64,000 bases of DNA from an uncultured delta proteobacterium (GCA_963796685.1 CAWCMR010000013.1:608001-672000), one strand, 5' to 3'; counted from the stretch's first letter, positions 28,958-41,729 are shown. The notes: generated by a model from the letters alone, not told the origin. Made by a program: numbers and translations.

Positions 28958-30220
28958 CTACGCCACATACGCCAACAGGACCTTGAGGTACTGACCCTCG
29001 CCGAAGCCCGGCGGGAGAGGATGGTCGGGTCCGGGGCCGAGGCGCTCGATGATGCTCACCTCGCGGCTGGCCTGCCTGGCACCCGCGGCCAGGATGCGTT
29101 CGAACTCGACCATGCCCACGTTCTGCGAGCACGAGCAGGTGACGAGGATTGCGCCAGGCGCGCACGCCGTCAGGGCGAGCGAGCTCAAGCGCTCGTAGCC
29201 CTTGATGGCAGCCTCCAGGTCCTTTCGCGCGCGGGCGAACTTCGGTGGATCGACGACCACCACGTCATAGGAACGAGGCGTGGCAGTCTCGAGAAAGCGA
29301 AAGGTATCCGACTCGACGGCGCGAATGTCGGCTCCGTTGCTCTTGGCGTGGGCCTCGATGCGCGCCACCGCCCGGGCCGAGCTGTCCACCGCCGTGACCT
29401 CCCCTGCCCCGGCGCGCGCGGCCTGCAGGCCGAAACCGCCGGCATAGGCGTAGCAATCCAGCACGCGGGCGAGCTTCTTGGGCATGCCCTTCACGATCTG
29501 CCCGACCCGCACCCGGCTCGGCCGCTGGTCGAGGAAAAGGCCGGTCTTCTGCCCCTGCAAGGGCTCCGCTTCCAGTCGAATACCGTCTTCCAGGCACGGC
29601 ACCTGCGCGCGCGACTCGCCCTGCACCACCCGCGTTTCGGCCAGAAAGCCCTCGACCTCGGCGAAGCTGCCCGCCGCAACCTCGTAGATCGTCTTCGGCG
29701 CAAGCATCTCTTGGATGGCCGCGACGATCTCCTCGCGCCACAGGGACAGGCCTAGCGTGCTCACCTGGAAGGCGGCGGCGTCGCCGAACACGTCGACGAC
29801 CAGACCAGGCAGGTGGTCGCCTTCGCTGTTCACCATGCGGTAGGCAGTGGTTTCAGCGCTCGGAAGCGCGAGGGCCGTACGCAAGGTCTGGGCGGCGCGA
29901 AGCCTGCGGACGAAGAAGGCGGCGTCGATGGGTTCATCGGCGCGCGTGAGCAATCGCACCGGGATCTGCGAGCGCGAGTTGTAGATGCCACGGCCGATGA
30001 AGCGGCCGTCGTGATCGAGCAGCGAGACGACACGACCGGGCTCGGCCAGGCCCTCGATACGGTCGACGGCGTTGGCGTACACCCAGGGATGGCCGAACCA
30101 CAGCGGTCGGGCACGCCCACGCCGCAGCACGATCTTGGCCGCCGAGTCTCGCGCCACGCGGGCGCCTAGATCAGAATCGGACGTGGCGCTGCTCGTGGAC
30201 GTTGCTCGTTGGCGGGACAT
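28958..30220 (-). CDS. rlmI: RlmI-like class I SAM-dependent rRNA methyltransferase
   Basis: PUA-like GHPWVY, NSEGDHLPGLVVD, GQKTGLFLDQR, VLDCYAYAGGF, VVVDPPKFA, TCSCS, QYLK. Confidence 0.85.
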   Translation of the reverse strand: MSRQRATSTSSATSDSDLGARVARDSAAKIVLRRGRARPLWFGHPWVYANAVDRIEGLAEPGRVVSLLDHDGRFIGRGIYNSRSQIPVRLLTRADEPIDAAFFVRRLRAAQTLRTALALPSAETTAYRMVNSEGDHLPGLVVDVFGDAAAFQVSTLGLSLWREEIVAAIQEMLAPKTIYEVAAGSFAEVEGFLAETRVVQGESRAQVPCLEDGIRLEAEPLQGQKTGLFLDQRPSRVRVGQIVKGMPKKLARVLDCYAYAGGFGLQAARAGAGEVTAVDSSARAVARIEAHAKSNGADIRAVESDTFRFLETATPRSYDVVVVDPPKFARARKDLEAAIKGYERLSSLALTACAPGAILVTCSCSQNVGMVEFERILAAGARQASREVSIIERLGPGPDHPLPPGFGEGQYLKVLLAYVA

Positions 30221-30298
30221 CGACGCATTATAGACCCCGTCCCCGATGTTGCTCACAAGTGGCTTTGCGACTTTTCTCCGTCGGATCGTGTGGTCGGC

Positions 30299-31236
30299 AT
30301 GAACCACCTGCTCGACCGACGATTCCTCGTGCTCGCGGGCAAGGGCGGCGTGGGCCGCACCACCGTGGCCGCCGCGCTCGCCCGGGTCGCCACCCGGCTC
30401 GGCAAGCGGGTCCTGCTGGCGCAAACCAACGCACCCGAACGCCTTGGCCGCCTGCTGGGATGCAAGACCGTCATCGGCCCCGTGGTCACGCGCGTCGACG
30501 AGCTTCTTTCGGCGGTCAATATGACCCCCAAGCAGTCGCTGCACGAATACGGAGTCATGCTGCTCAAGTACGAGCCCCTGTATCGGGCGGTGTTCGAGAA
30601 CAAACCCATGCGCAGCTTTCTCGGCGCGTTTCCTGGACTCGACTATTGGACCATGCTTGGCAAGGCGTGGTGGCACACGACCGAGCGAGAGAACGGACGA
30701 CCGAAGTACGACCTCGTCCTGCTCGACGGGCCGGCCTCGGGGCACGCCGCGGCAATGCTGCACATACCCGACGCGGTCAAGAGCGCCATGCCCAAGGGAC
30801 CGTTGGCACGCGACGCTGTCCTGGCCCGCGAGCTGCTTTCCGACGACAGGCAAACATCGGTCCTCCTCGTGACCTTGCCGGAAGAGCTTCCGGCGCGGGA
30901 AACCTCCACGCTCGCACGCGACATCCGCGACCTGCACATGCCGCTCGGTCCTTTGGTGGTCAACGCCATGCCGCCCGCCGAAGCGACCGAATCCCGTTCT
31001 GGACAAGGTGCTGTCCGAAAATACCGACAGCGCCCCGCCCTCGGGAGCTCGCGGGAATCCTGGCTGGCGTAAGCGTCCTTGCGGCTCGCCGACGAGACGC
31101 CGACCGCGTCGTCGCCGGCCTGGCCAGCGACCCAGGTCTGCCCATGATCAGCCTGCCCCGCCTGCCAAGCAACGACCTCGGCCCCGAGGAGGTCGCCCAC
31201 CTGGCCAACCTCTTGGCAGCGGCACTATCGGCTTGA
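30299..31236 (+). CDS. ArsA/GET3-family ATPase (frameshifted at about 30990-31020)
   Basis: GKGGVGRTT, YDLVLLDGPASGH, VTLPEELPARET, LVVN; C-terminus continues in another frame as ELAGILAGV...LPRLP...LANLL. Confidence 0.75.
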
Positions 31237-31254
31237 GGAGTCTGCGCGGAACAA

Positions 31255-31376
31255 GAATTCACCACAGAGACGCAGAGAGCGCGGAGGTCAGAAAGGATAG
31301 GGTCTCTCGGATCCTGGCTCCGAACCCGTTCCTCCTCCGCAACCTCTGTGTTCTCTGTGCTCTCTGTGGTGAATTC
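31255..31376. repeat. MITE/REP-like hairpin with 16-bp terminal inverted repeat and 9-nt periodic CACAGAG sub-repeats
   Basis: GAATTCACCACAGAGA ... TCTCTGTGGTGAATTC between convergent arsA-like and rpoD. Confidence 0.8.
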
Positions 31377-31391
31377 CGGCTCGCCACGCGG

Positions 31392-33268
31392 CTAGCTTTC
31401 CATGAAGCTCTTGAGGCGCTTGCTGCGTGACGGGTGACGCAGCTTGCGCAAGGCCTTGGCTTCGATCTGTCGTATACGCTCGCGCGTGACCTCGAAGTCT
31501 TGCCCCACCTCTTCCAGGGTGTGGTCCGACTTCTCGCCGATGCCGAAACGCATGCGCAGGACCTTTTCCTCGCGCGGGGTCAGGGTCGCCAGGACCTTGC
31601 GCGTCTGTTCGGCGAGGTTCATGGAGATCACCGCATCAGCGGGCGAGACGATGCTCTTGTCCTCGATGAAATCGCCGAGGTGCGAATCTTCCTCCTCGCC
31701 AATCGGAGTTTCGAGCGAGATGGGCTCCTTGGCGATCTTGAGGACCTTGCGGACCTTGTCGAGCGGCAGTTCCATCTTCTCGGCGATCTCTTCCGGCGTT
31801 GCCTCGCGTCCCAGCTCCTGTACCAGGTAGCGGCTGGTGCGGATGAGCTTGTTGATGGTCTCAATCATGTGAACCGGAATTCTGATCGTCCGCGCCTGAT
31901 CGGCGATGGCCCGCGTGATGGCCTGACGGATCCACCAGGTCGCGTACGTCGAGAACTTGTAGCCACGACGGTACTCGAACTTGTCGACCGCCTTCATGAG
32001 ACCGATGTTGCCCTCCTGAATGAGGTCCAGGAACTGCAACCCGCGGTTGGTGTACTTCTTGGCGATGGAAACCACCAGACGCAGGTTTGCCTCGACGAGC
32101 TCGGCCTTGGCCTGCTCGGCCTGGCGTTCGCCGTCCTGAATCTCACGCACCGTATCGCGCAGACTGGACTCGTCCAGCCCTGCCTCCTCTTCGATCTTCT
32201 TCACCTTCTTGCGCGCGTTGGCGATGCTCTCGGAGGTCTCTTCGAGAATCCTCCACGCGCAGTCCCAAGCGCTTGGTGACCGTTCTTTGCCGCAACGTCG
32301 ACCCGCGCGCTTCCCGTAGGGTCTTCTTCAGCTCGCGCTCGCTCATGCCGACCCGGCCTTCGACCTCGCCAATCTCGCGCCGGGCGGATTCGATGCGCGA
32401 GACCAGGCCCTTGAGGCGGGCCACGATGCGATCGATTTGCTTCTTGTTCAGCCGCAGCTCCTGCAGGGTATCCAGCAGATCCTGCTTGAGACCGGCAATC
32501 TGCGTCTTCGCCTTGCGCTTGCTGCTCTCGGACTGGCCACGCTTGGCGGTCTTGTCGTCGAACTTCTCCAGATCCTTGTAGACCTTGCGGACCTTGTCGA
32601 TGATCTTGCACACGCGCTCGACGTGGAAAGCCTCGTCGAATTCCTCGTCGTCATCGTCGGCATCCTTGACGACCTCCTTCACGCGTACCTTCTGCTTGCG
32701 CAGCTTGTCGCCAAGATCGAGGATCTCTTCGATGGCCACCGGCGAATCGAGCACGACTTGCAGCACGCGCCGTTCGCCATCCTCGATGCGTTTCGCGATC
32801 TCGACCTCGCCTTCGCGGGTGAGCAGCGAGACCGACCCCATCTTGCGCAAGTACATGCGCACCGGATCATTGGTCTTCGAGTAGCCGTCGTCTTCCTCTT
32901 CCTCCTCGGCTTCCGCCGGCCGAGGCGCCGGCTCGACTTCCGCCTCTTCCTCCGCCTCGGCGGGGGGCGTCTTGTCCTCGACCTTGACCTGCGTCGAGGC
33001 GTCGACGATTTCGATGCCCTCGCCCCCCAAGGTCGACAACCAGTCGTCGAATCTGATCCGACGAGACGATGCTCTCCGGCATGTGATCGTTGACCTCGTC
33101 GTAGGTCAGAAAGCCCTTGGCCTTGCCCATCGTGATGAGCTCGCGCTTCTTGCGCTCACTCTCCTTGTTGGCCGAGCCCTTCTTGGCCGCGAGCTGCTTG
33201 CTCACCTCTTCAAGCTCGTCATCATCCTGGTTGTCGTCGTTCAAACGGTCCTCGGCATCCTCGATCAT
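31392..33268 (-). CDS. rpoD: Primary sigma factor RpoD (two +1 frameshifts, about 33050 and 32247, probably read errors)
   Basis: Region 1.1 [90 protein letters not shown]; follows dnaG. Confidence 0.96.
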
Positions 33269-35115
33269 GTCGTCATGCCTTTGCTCTGGTTGGCTAACCC
33301 CAACTTGGTCCTTATCAATTCCATCTCCCGTATGGAAATGGCCCGTGCCTCTTCCTCGTTCCCGCTCGCCAGCGCCTCGCGGTGCTGGCGTTGCGCCAGC
33401 GCCAGCTCTTCATCAACGCGCGAGCGTTCCAATTTGAGAATCAGGGCGCGCATGGCACGCATGGCGTCATCAACGGCCTCGACCGCGGTCCATCGCCCGT
33501 CCATCAGGGCGGCGCTCACGTGGTCGCGGATGTCGGCCGGCCCGCTGTCGAGCCAAGCCGGCACATCCGCCCGGCCGCCAGCGCGAAGCGTTTCGAGCGC
33601 CGCGCCATAGATCTCGCGAATGCCCGGATCCCGCAGAAGGTCGTAGATCTGCTGCGCCTCCCCTAGGGTCGCAAGCTTCGGCTGCGCCACCAGGAGAGCC
33701 AAGGCATCCACTTCGTCCGCCTGGGGCACGCGGTTCCCCGGGCGGCCCTCTGCGGCGCCCGTCGTTGTCGCAGCCTCGGGCCTGGGCGAGTGCGAAGCGG
33801 CCTCGCGCACCATGCGCATGATCTGCGCCACGGGGACGGCCAGCTTGGCAGCCAGGTCACGGACATACAGGTCGCGCACGAGGGGGTTTCTGACCTTGGC
33901 CAGCACGTCGGCCACACGCTTGGCCGTATTGGCCTTACCCGGAATGGTGGCATCGTCGGCCGCGCGCTGGATGAGGTGGTCGAGCATGGGCCGCGCTTGG
34001 GCCACCAAGGTCCGGAAAGCATCGGCGCCGTGCGCGCGCACGAATTCGTCGGGGTCGACCCCGGCGGGCATCTCGGCCACGCGCCCGTCCGAATCGGCCT
34101 CGGCAAAGAACAAGCCGGCGTCCACGGCCAAGGGCACGGCCTTTTCGGCCGCGCGCGATCCGGCGCTGTCGCCATCGAAGACCACGACGATGCGTTTCGC
34201 CATTCTGGCCAGCAACTTGATCTGTTCGACCGTCAGGGCGGTGCCCATGGGCGCCACGGCCTCCTCGATCCCAGCCTCGTGCAAGGTCAACACGTCGAAG
34301 TTGCCCTCCACGAGGATGGCTGTTCCACCGCGGCGGATGGCGTCCACGGCCCTGTGCAGACCGTACAAATTCTCTTTTTTGTGGAAGAGTGGCGAATCCG
34401 GCGAGTTGACGTATTTGCGATCCTTGGCATCGGGATCGAGCAAGCGCGAGGAGTAGCCGATGGGGCGTTTCTGCCGGTCGAGCACGGGAAGCATGACACG
34501 ATCCCGGAAGAAGTCGTAGCGACCACGCTCGTTGCTACCCACCAAGCCAAGACGCTCGGACAATTGGGCATCCACCTGACAAGAGGCAAGATACTTCTGC
34601 ATGGCATCCCAACCGGGAGGTGCGTAGCCAAGGCGAAACCGCTCGACGGTGGTCTTCGAGATACCGCGTTTCTCCAGGTAGGCACGCGCGACCGCCCCGG
34701 CCGGAGCGGCAAGCTGCGCCTCGAAGAAACGTGTCGCCTCTTCCATGGCTCGCAGCATGCGCTCGCGCTCCGACTCGTTTTCCTCGGCGGCCTTGCGTTC
34801 GGCCGGGGTGAGCGTTTGCTCGGGTAGGTCCACCCCGGCCTGATGGGCCAGCTCGCGCAGCACTTCCATGAACGAGCGCTGCTCGATCTTGACGAGGAAG
34901 GAGAAGACATCCCCCTTTTCGCCGCACCCGAAACAATGAAAAAACTGGCGCTGCTCATGGACGTGAAACGACGGAGTTTTCTCCGCGTGAAATGGGCAAA
35001 GTCCTTTGAAGCTTCCGGTGCCAGCGCGCTTGAGTTCAACGTATCGCCTTACGACATCGACGATATTCGTACGATCGCGGACGTCGTCAATTTTCTCGCG
35101 TGGCAACAAAGGCAA
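33265..35115 (-). CDS. dnaG: DNA primase
   Basis: CPFHAEKTPSF...HCFGC zinc finger, KYVNSPDSPLF, LVEGNFDV, MGTALT, FDGD.AG, DPDE. Confidence 0.96.
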   Translation of the reverse strand: MPLLPREKIDDVRDRTNIVDVVRRYVELKRAGTGSFKGLCPFHAEKTPSFHVHEQRQFFHCFGCGEKGDVFSFLVKIEQRSFMEVLRELAHQAGVDLPEQTLTPAERKAAEENESERERMLRAMEEATRFFEAQLAAPAGAVARAYLEKRGISKTTVERFRLGYAPPGWDAMQKYLASCQVDAQLSERLGLVGSNERGRYDFFRDRVMLPVLDRQKRPIGYSSRLLDPDAKDRKYVNSPDSPLFHKKENLYGLHRAVDAIRRGGTAILVEGNFDVLTLHEAGIEEAVAPMGTALTVEQIKLLARMAKRIVVVFDGDSAGSRAAEKAVPLAVDAGLFFAEADSDGRVAEMPAGVDPDEFVRAHGADAFRTLVAQARPMLDHLIQRAADDATIPGKANTAKRVADVLAKVRNPLVRDLYVRDLAAKLAVPVAQIMRMVREAASHSPRPEAATTTGAAEGRPGNRVPQADEVDALALLVAQPKLATLGEAQQIYDLLRDPGIREIYGAALETLRAGGRADVPAWLDSGPADIRDHVSAALMDGRWTAVEAVDDAMRAMRALILKLERSRVDEELALAQRQHREALASGNEEEARAISIREMELIRTKLGLANQSKGMTT

Positions 35116-35317
35116 ATGAAACCCGCGCCCAACTAGAATGGGTGGTTGTTAATAACCCACATGGAGGCCGAGTCAAGAAGAACCTTCGTACTCGGGCTGG
35201 TTTCGGGCATGAAGCTCCTTCCTGGGCGATTACAGCCGCTTTGGCGCGCCAGGCGGAGCCGAAGCGCGGGAGGGCATGGCAACCCGCCTTCGGCCAAACC
35301 CGTGGATTTGAGGCTTC

Positions 35318-37342
35318 CTACTGCCCAGCGTCATCCTGCAGAGTAGGTTCGTCGACACGCTTGAGAATGATGAACTCGACACGTCGGTTCTTGCTCCAGC
35401 ATTCCTCGTTGTGCTGCGTGCAGATGGGCTTGGTTTCGCCATAGCCTCGCGCCCTGAGGCGGCCAGGCTCGACGCCGCGATCTTCGAGGGCACGCATCAC
35501 GGAGTGCGCACGCCGATCGGTCAGATCCAGGTTGTGCTCGTCATCACCGCGTTCGTCGGCGTGACCCTGGATTTCGATGAGCGCGATCTCGGGATGACCC
35601 TTGATGGTCGCGGCGATGGCGTCGAGGAGCGGGAAGGACTGCGACATGATGGTGTCCTTGTCGGTCTCGAAGTAGATCTTGTCGAGGATCTCCAGCTTGC
35701 TGCGCGTGACGATGACCTGCCCCTTGTCGGGGCAACCATCCTCGTCCTCGAACCCGTTGTAGGTTTCGGGCTCGTTCGGGCACTTGTCGTTCACGTCCGG
35801 GATGCGGTCGTGGTCGTTGTCCGGATCGGGGCAGCCATCCTCGTCCTCGAACCCGTCCTTGTCCTCTGGATCGTTCGGGCACAGGTCGAGCTTGTCGGGG
35901 ATGCCGTCCTGGTCGTTGTCGAGATCCGGACAGCCGTCCTCGTCCTGGAACCCGTCGAAGTCCTCCGGCTCGTCCGGGCACTTGTCGACATCGTCGGGGA
36001 TGCCGTCGCCGTCGCGGTCGTTGACCTTGTGGAACGGACAGCCGTCGTTCTCACGCGGCCCTGGCTCATTCGGGCACTTGTCGAGCGTGTCGGGAATGCC
36101 GTCCTGGTCGTTGTCCGGGTCGGGACAACCGTCTTCGTCCTGGAACCCGTCGAAGTCCTCCGGCTCGTCGGGACACTTGTCCACGTCGTCCTTGTAGCCG
36201 TCGCCGTCGCGGTCGCCGGCGCCGGGCTCGAACACGATGCCGGCGAAGAATCGGCCACGCGTGGTGCCGTAGGTCGTGGGAATGACGCCGTAGCCTCCGC
36301 CGAACTCGAAGAACGAGTTGGGCGCGAGGTAGGCCTTGAAGCCGAGAACAGCCTCTCCGCCGGGGCCCATGTTCGACTCGGTGCCGTCGGCGTTGATCTT
36401 CTTCGAGTCGAGCCCGGTGAAGGTATAGAGCTCGCCCACCATGTCGAACACGAAGGGCACGATGCCCCACGAGGCGCCGAAGCTGGCGAGCAGCTCGTTG
36501 CCGACCTTGAGCCCCATGTTGGTGTTCTCGTTGCCAATCGAGGTGTTGTTGATGGGGATGCCGTTGGAATCGACCGTCCTGACCGGGCGGGGAAAGTTGG
36601 CGGCATCGTCCCTGAACTCGGAAGTGCCGCTGCGAATGCGCGCGCCGACGTTGAGCGCGGTTCGGAACACGCCGTAGCGGCCCCAGTTCACCTCGACGAT
36701 AGCCTGCGGCTCGAAGATGGTCTTTCCCTCGCCGAGGAACTTGGCCTTGTCGCCGGTCGGCAGAATCAGGCCGGGGATGATGGCGATGCCCACGGGCAAC
36801 CGGCTGGGATTGAGAATGCGCACCTTGGGCAGGAGGGCCAGATCGCCGATGCCCTGGTAGTTGGTCTGAAAGTGGACGTCGTCGTTCGTACCGTTCAGCG
36901 TACGGTTGTTGTAGAGAACGCCGTTGGGCGCACCGGGGTCGTACGGGGTCGCCTCGCCGCTGGTGACGCCGATGGGAAGGGAGATACCGAACTGGAGACC
37001 GAGGTGGTCGGTAGACACGAGCCCGATGGCTCCCTGCAACGTCGTCGTGAGCAGGAAGTTCATGCGGTAGAGAGATTGTTGCGTGATCGTCCCGGTAGCG
37101 ACGGTTCTTCCAGGATCCAGGTTGAGGGGGCGCCAGCCGCCTGTCGCCACCATGCCGAAGGACACATCGAGTGGCGCGAGGATCTGCGCACCGTTCACGG
37201 TGATGTAGCCTTTGGTGTCGGCGGCGGGCCGGAAGACCTGGAGATCGATGGGTGCGCTCACGATTTGCGCTTGCGCCGGCGCGCCAGCCGCGGTCGTGAG
37301 AGCCAGCAGGGTCAGGCCAATCGCGGATTGTCGGGCATTCAT
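35318..37342 (-). CDS. OmpA-family protein with N-terminal barrel and thrombospondin type 3 repeats (TraB-like architecture)
   Basis: Signal peptide; repeated DRDGDG..D..DKCPDEPEDFDGFQDEDGCP; OmpA domain IYFETDK...IQGHADERG...NLDL..RRA...NRRVEF. Confidence 0.88.
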   Translation of the reverse strand: MNARQSAIGLTLLALTTAAGAPAQAQIVSAPIDLQVFRPAADTKGYITVNGAQILAPLDVSFGMVATGGWRPLNLDPGRTVATGTITQQSLYRMNFLLTTTLQGAIGLVSTDHLGLQFGISLPIGVTSGEATPYDPGAPNGVLYNNRTLNGTNDDVHFQTNYQGIGDLALLPKVRILNPSRLPVGIAIIPGLILPTGDKAKFLGEGKTIFEPQAIVEVNWGRYGVFRTALNVGARIRSGTSEFRDDAANFPRPVRTVDSNGIPINNTSIGNENTNMGLKVGNELLASFGASWGIVPFVFDMVGELYTFTGLDSKKINADGTESNMGPGGEAVLGFKAYLAPNSFFEFGGGYGVIPTTYGTTRGRFFAGIVFEPGAGDRDGDGYKDDVDKCPDEPEDFDGFQDEDGCPDPDNDQDGIPDTLDKCPNEPGPRENDGCPFHKVNDRDGDGIPDDVDKCPDEPEDFDGFQDEDGCPDLDNDQDGIPDKLDLCPNDPEDKDGFEDEDGCPDPDNDHDRIPDVNDKCPNEPETYNGFEDEDGCPDKGQVIVTRSKLEILDKIYFETDKDTIMSQSFPLLDAIAATIKGHPEIALIEIQGHADERGDDEHNLDLTDRRAHSVMRALEDRGVEPGRLRARGYGETKPICTQHNEECWSKNRRVEFIILKRVDEPTLQDDAGQ

Positions 37343-37475
37343 GGTTTGCTCCGTCGGGTAAGGGGCGGCAGAAGCCTGCGCTCGCGCCACGTATAGGGCG
37401 AGCGAGTGCCTTTATATCAGCGCGCAGATCGAGGGTAAAGCGTCCTCGCGCCCATCGTACGAGGCGGGCGCGGAA

Positions 37476-37754
37476 TTAGGACAGGATATCGGCCAGCTGC
37501 TTGGCGATTCCGGCCCGGATCGTGCCGGCGAAAGGCCGCATGAAAAGGCCGATTTCCATATCGACGTGTACCCGGTCGTCGGCGATGTCCAGGTACGCCT
37601 GCAACCCCTTGCGCTTGACGACCAAGCGGCTTCCCCCATCCCAGTTGCACTCGGCGCTGTAGTCGCGCGCCAGCTTCTCCGTGACGCGATCGATGCGCGA
37701 ACGGGCCTCGTCGCGGCTCAGACGATGGGCAATATCGACTTCCAGCTTGTTCAT
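37476..37754 (-). CDS. Putative polyhydroxyalkanoic acid system (PHA_gran_rgn-like) protein
   Basis: HRLSRDEAR.RI, WDG..L.VKRKG, FMRPFAGTIRAGI pattern. Confidence 0.65.
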   Translation of the reverse strand: MNKLEVDIAHRLSRDEARSRIDRVTEKLARDYSAECNWDGGSRLVVKRKGLQAYLDIADDRVHVDMEIGLFMRPFAGTIRAGIAKQLADILS

Positions 37755-37888
37755 CGTCAAGCAGTCTAGCACGGAGTTTCAGAAAGACAGGGGGCGGTGA
37801 CTCCAGAAATCGGCGATCGCCTGGGGGTACCCTTGCTTGCCAGATCGTCGTTGTCGGCCTACGACTCCTCGGTCTATAAGGTTGTCCC

Positions 37889-38281
37889 ATGCCACTCGTT
37901 TTCGAAGAAGCGCACGCCGCCCCGGACAAGAAGAAGGTCAACGAAGAGTATTTCGTCCTGGCCAACCAGGGCGCCTCCGCGGTCAGCACCGCGGGGCTGC
38001 AAGTCATCGTCAGCCGGCCCGGCAAGCGTGGCTCGGTCATGGGCCAAATCGATCCGGGCTTCGTGCTCCAGCCAGGTGAAAAAATCCTCATCCTGAGCGG
38101 CATTCCCGGCAAACAAGCGCAGGGCGAGCCGCCGGTCCGCGAAGGGATGCGAACCTACTACCTGTTCCAGCGCGAGGGCCTGCTCAAGGGGCGGGGCACG
38201 ACCATTCGATTCGCCATCAACCAGGTCGACGTGGCGCGCGTCACCTACGACGGCAGCACACCGAACGGCATCGCGCCGTAG
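37889..38281 (+). CDS. Small lamin-tail-domain-like protein
   Basis: [11 protein letters not shown]...[14 protein letters not shown] resembles LTD motifs. Confidence 0.5.
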   Translation: MPLVFEEAHAAPDKKKVNEEYFVLANQGASAVSTAGLQVIVSRPGKRGSVMGQIDPGFVLQPGEKILILSGIPGKQAQGEPPVREGMRTYYLFQREGLLKGRGTTIRFAINQVDVARVTYDGSTPNGIAP

Positions 38282-38288
38282 GGAACAA

Positions 38289-38393
38289 AACACAGAGGGA
38301 ACAGAGGACGCAGAGAACGGATGAGGAAGAAGTAGTAGTTCCGGTCGATCCGAGAATATATCCCCCTCCGGCCTCCGTGTTCTCTGTGTCTGC
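38289..38393. repeat. CACAGAG-family imperfect hairpin between convergent genes
   Basis: ACACAGAGGGAACAGAGGACGCAGAG ... CCTCCGTGTTCTCTGTGT. Confidence 0.65.
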
Positions 38394-38401
38394 TTCTGGT
38401 C

Positions 38402-39960
<1,559 letters not shown>

Positions 39961-40620
39961 CTAGTCCTGGCCGGCCTGGCGCTTCACTTCCTCGACGAAA
40001 TCGTCAGCGCGCTTGGCCAAGCCCTCCCCCACTTCGTAGCGAACGAACCGGCGAACCTTGATGTTCTCGCCAATCTTGCCGATGAGGTCGGTGAGCAAGC
40101 CCTTGATGTCCTTCTTGCCGTCGGGATCCTTGATCCAGGTCTGCTCCATCAGGCAAACCTCCTTGAACCACTTGGCCATCTGACCGTCGACGATCTTCTG
40201 CAGCACCGGCTCGGGCTTCTTCTGCAGCCGTGCCTGTTCCAGGCGGATGGACTTCTCCTGTTCGATGACGGCGGCCGGGATCTCCTCCTGCGACAGGTAC
40301 TGCGGGCTCATGGCCGCCACCTGCATGGACACCTCGCGCGCGAAGACCTGGAAATCCGGGTTGCGCGAGACGAAGTCGGTCTCGCAGTTCACCTCGACCA
40401 TGACGCCGATGCGCGAGCCGTGCATGTAGTTGGCGATGATGCCTTCCGAGGCGATGCGCGTGGCCTTCTTGGCGGCCTGGGCGATGCCCTTCTTGCGCAG
40501 GTACTCGATGGCCTTCTCCATGTCGGCGTCACACTCGGTGAGCGCCTTCTTGCAGTCGGACATGCCGGCCTGCGTGCGTTCGCGCAGATCCTTGATCATT
40601 TGTGTCGTAACTTCGGCCAT
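39961..40620 (-). CDS. tsf: Elongation factor Ts (short form)
   Basis: IKDLRERTQAGMSDCKKAL, EVNCETDFV, IGENIKVRRFVRYEVGEG. Confidence 0.96.
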   Translation of the reverse strand: MAEVTTQMIKDLRERTQAGMSDCKKALTECDADMEKAIEYLRKKGIAQAAKKATRIASEGIIANYMHGSRIGVMVEVNCETDFVSRNPDFQVFAREVSMQVAAMSPQYLSQEEIPAAVIEQEKSIRLEQARLQKKPEPVLQKIVDGQMAKWFKEVCLMEQTWIKDPDGKKDIKGLLTDLIGKIGENIKVRRFVRYEVGEGLAKRADDFVEEVKRQAGQD

Positions 40621-40652
40621 GGCTAACGTCTCCTGAAAATCCGTAGAAAGGG

Positions 40653-41603
40653 CTATTCGCTCGCGTCTTCCGGCGTAGCAGCCGCCTCGGGCGCCGGCAT
40701 TTCGCCGCGCCGACGAGAAACCACTTCGACCTTGGGGCCTTCGCCACCGGAAGAAACCCGAATGGTCTGCACGGCGCCCTCGCCCTCGGCGTCGGCCGAG
40801 GCACGCGCCGTGGCCGCGCGCTCGCGCGAGACCTTCTGCCCGATGACACAGGCATCGGCGACCTTGTTGGCGAACAGACGAATGGCGCGAATGGCGTCGT
40901 CGTTGCCCGGTACGGCGTAGTTGATCAGATCGGGATCGCAGTTGGTGTCCACGATGGCGACGATGGGGATCTCCAGCTTGCGTGCCTCGCTGACCGCGAT
41001 GTGCTCTTTGACGACGTCGACGATGAAGACCGCGCCAGGCAGCTCGCCCATGGCCTTGATGCCGCCGAGGGCCTTCTCGAGCTTCTCCTGCTCGCGCGTG
41101 ATGCGGATGACCTCCTTCTTGGTCAGGCGCTCGAAGGTGCCGTCGCTGGACATCTTCTCGATGGATTGCAAGCGCTCGATAGAGAGCTTGACGGTGTGAA
41201 AATTGGTGAGCGTGCCGCCGAGCCAACGGTTGGTGACGTAGAACTGTCCGCAGCGTGTCGACTCCTCGCGAACCACGTCCTGGGCCTGCTTCTTCGTGCC
41301 CACGAAGAGCACCGGTTTGCCCTCGGCCACGGTGCGCACCAGGAAGTCGAAGGCGCGCTTGAACGCCTTGACCGAGTGCTGAAGGTCGATGATGTGAATG
41401 CCGTTGCGGGCGCCGAAGATGAAGGGTTTCATCTTCGGGTTCCAGCGTGTCGTCTGGTGGCCGAAGTGAACGCCTGCCTCCATCATGTCGCGCATGGTGA
41501 GGGGCGTGTCGATTGCCGCCATCGGGTTTGCCGCCACAGGATTCTCGGTCGGGGTTGCGGCAGGGGCTGGGGTGGCCGGGAGGCCGGTCTCGTTCGTTTC
41601 CAT
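40653..41603 (-). CDS. rpsB: 30S ribosomal protein S2
   Basis: [60 protein letters not shown]. Confidence 0.97.
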   Translation of the reverse strand: METNETGLPATPAPAATPTENPVAANPMAAIDTPLTMRDMMEAGVHFGHQTTRWNPKMKPFIFGARNGIHIIDLQHSVKAFKRAFDFLVRTVAEGKPVLFVGTKKQAQDVVREESTRCGQFYVTNRWLGGTLTNFHTVKLSIERLQSIEKMSSDGTFERLTKKEVIRITREQEKLEKALGGIKAMGELPGAVFIVDVVKEHIAVSEARKLEIPIVAIVDTNCDPDLINYAVPGNDDAIRAIRLFANKVADACVIGQKVSRERAATARASADAEGEGAVQTIRVSSGGEGPKVEVVSRRRGEMPAPEAAATPEDASE

Positions 41604-41729
41604 GTTTTCCTTTCGCGTTTTGTTCCTCCGCTGCCGTCTGCAAGAGCCGAAACCGGTCGATGATTCGCCCGGCACGCGCGGCCCTCTCGGTCAGCGTGTG
41701 GTGTTGAAGAGAGTTAGGTTCTTACCACA
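41604..41729 (-). promoter_or_regulatory. rpsB promoter and probable S2 autoregulatory leader
   Basis: Minus strand extended -10 TGTGGTAAGA (41720-41729), then CACCACACGC...GCGGAGGAACAAAAC, resembling conserved rpsB leader ends. Confidence 0.55.

Noticed and set aside
35116-35317. Structured RNA upstream of dnaG
   Set aside because: A few GC-rich stems compatible with a terminator or leader; nothing diagnostic.
35740-36215. Regularly spaced ~30-bp direct repeats that could look like a CRISPR array
   Set aside because: They are in-frame TSP3 repeats (DKCPDEPEDFDGFQDEDGCP) of the OmpA protein; no cas genes and no unique spacers.
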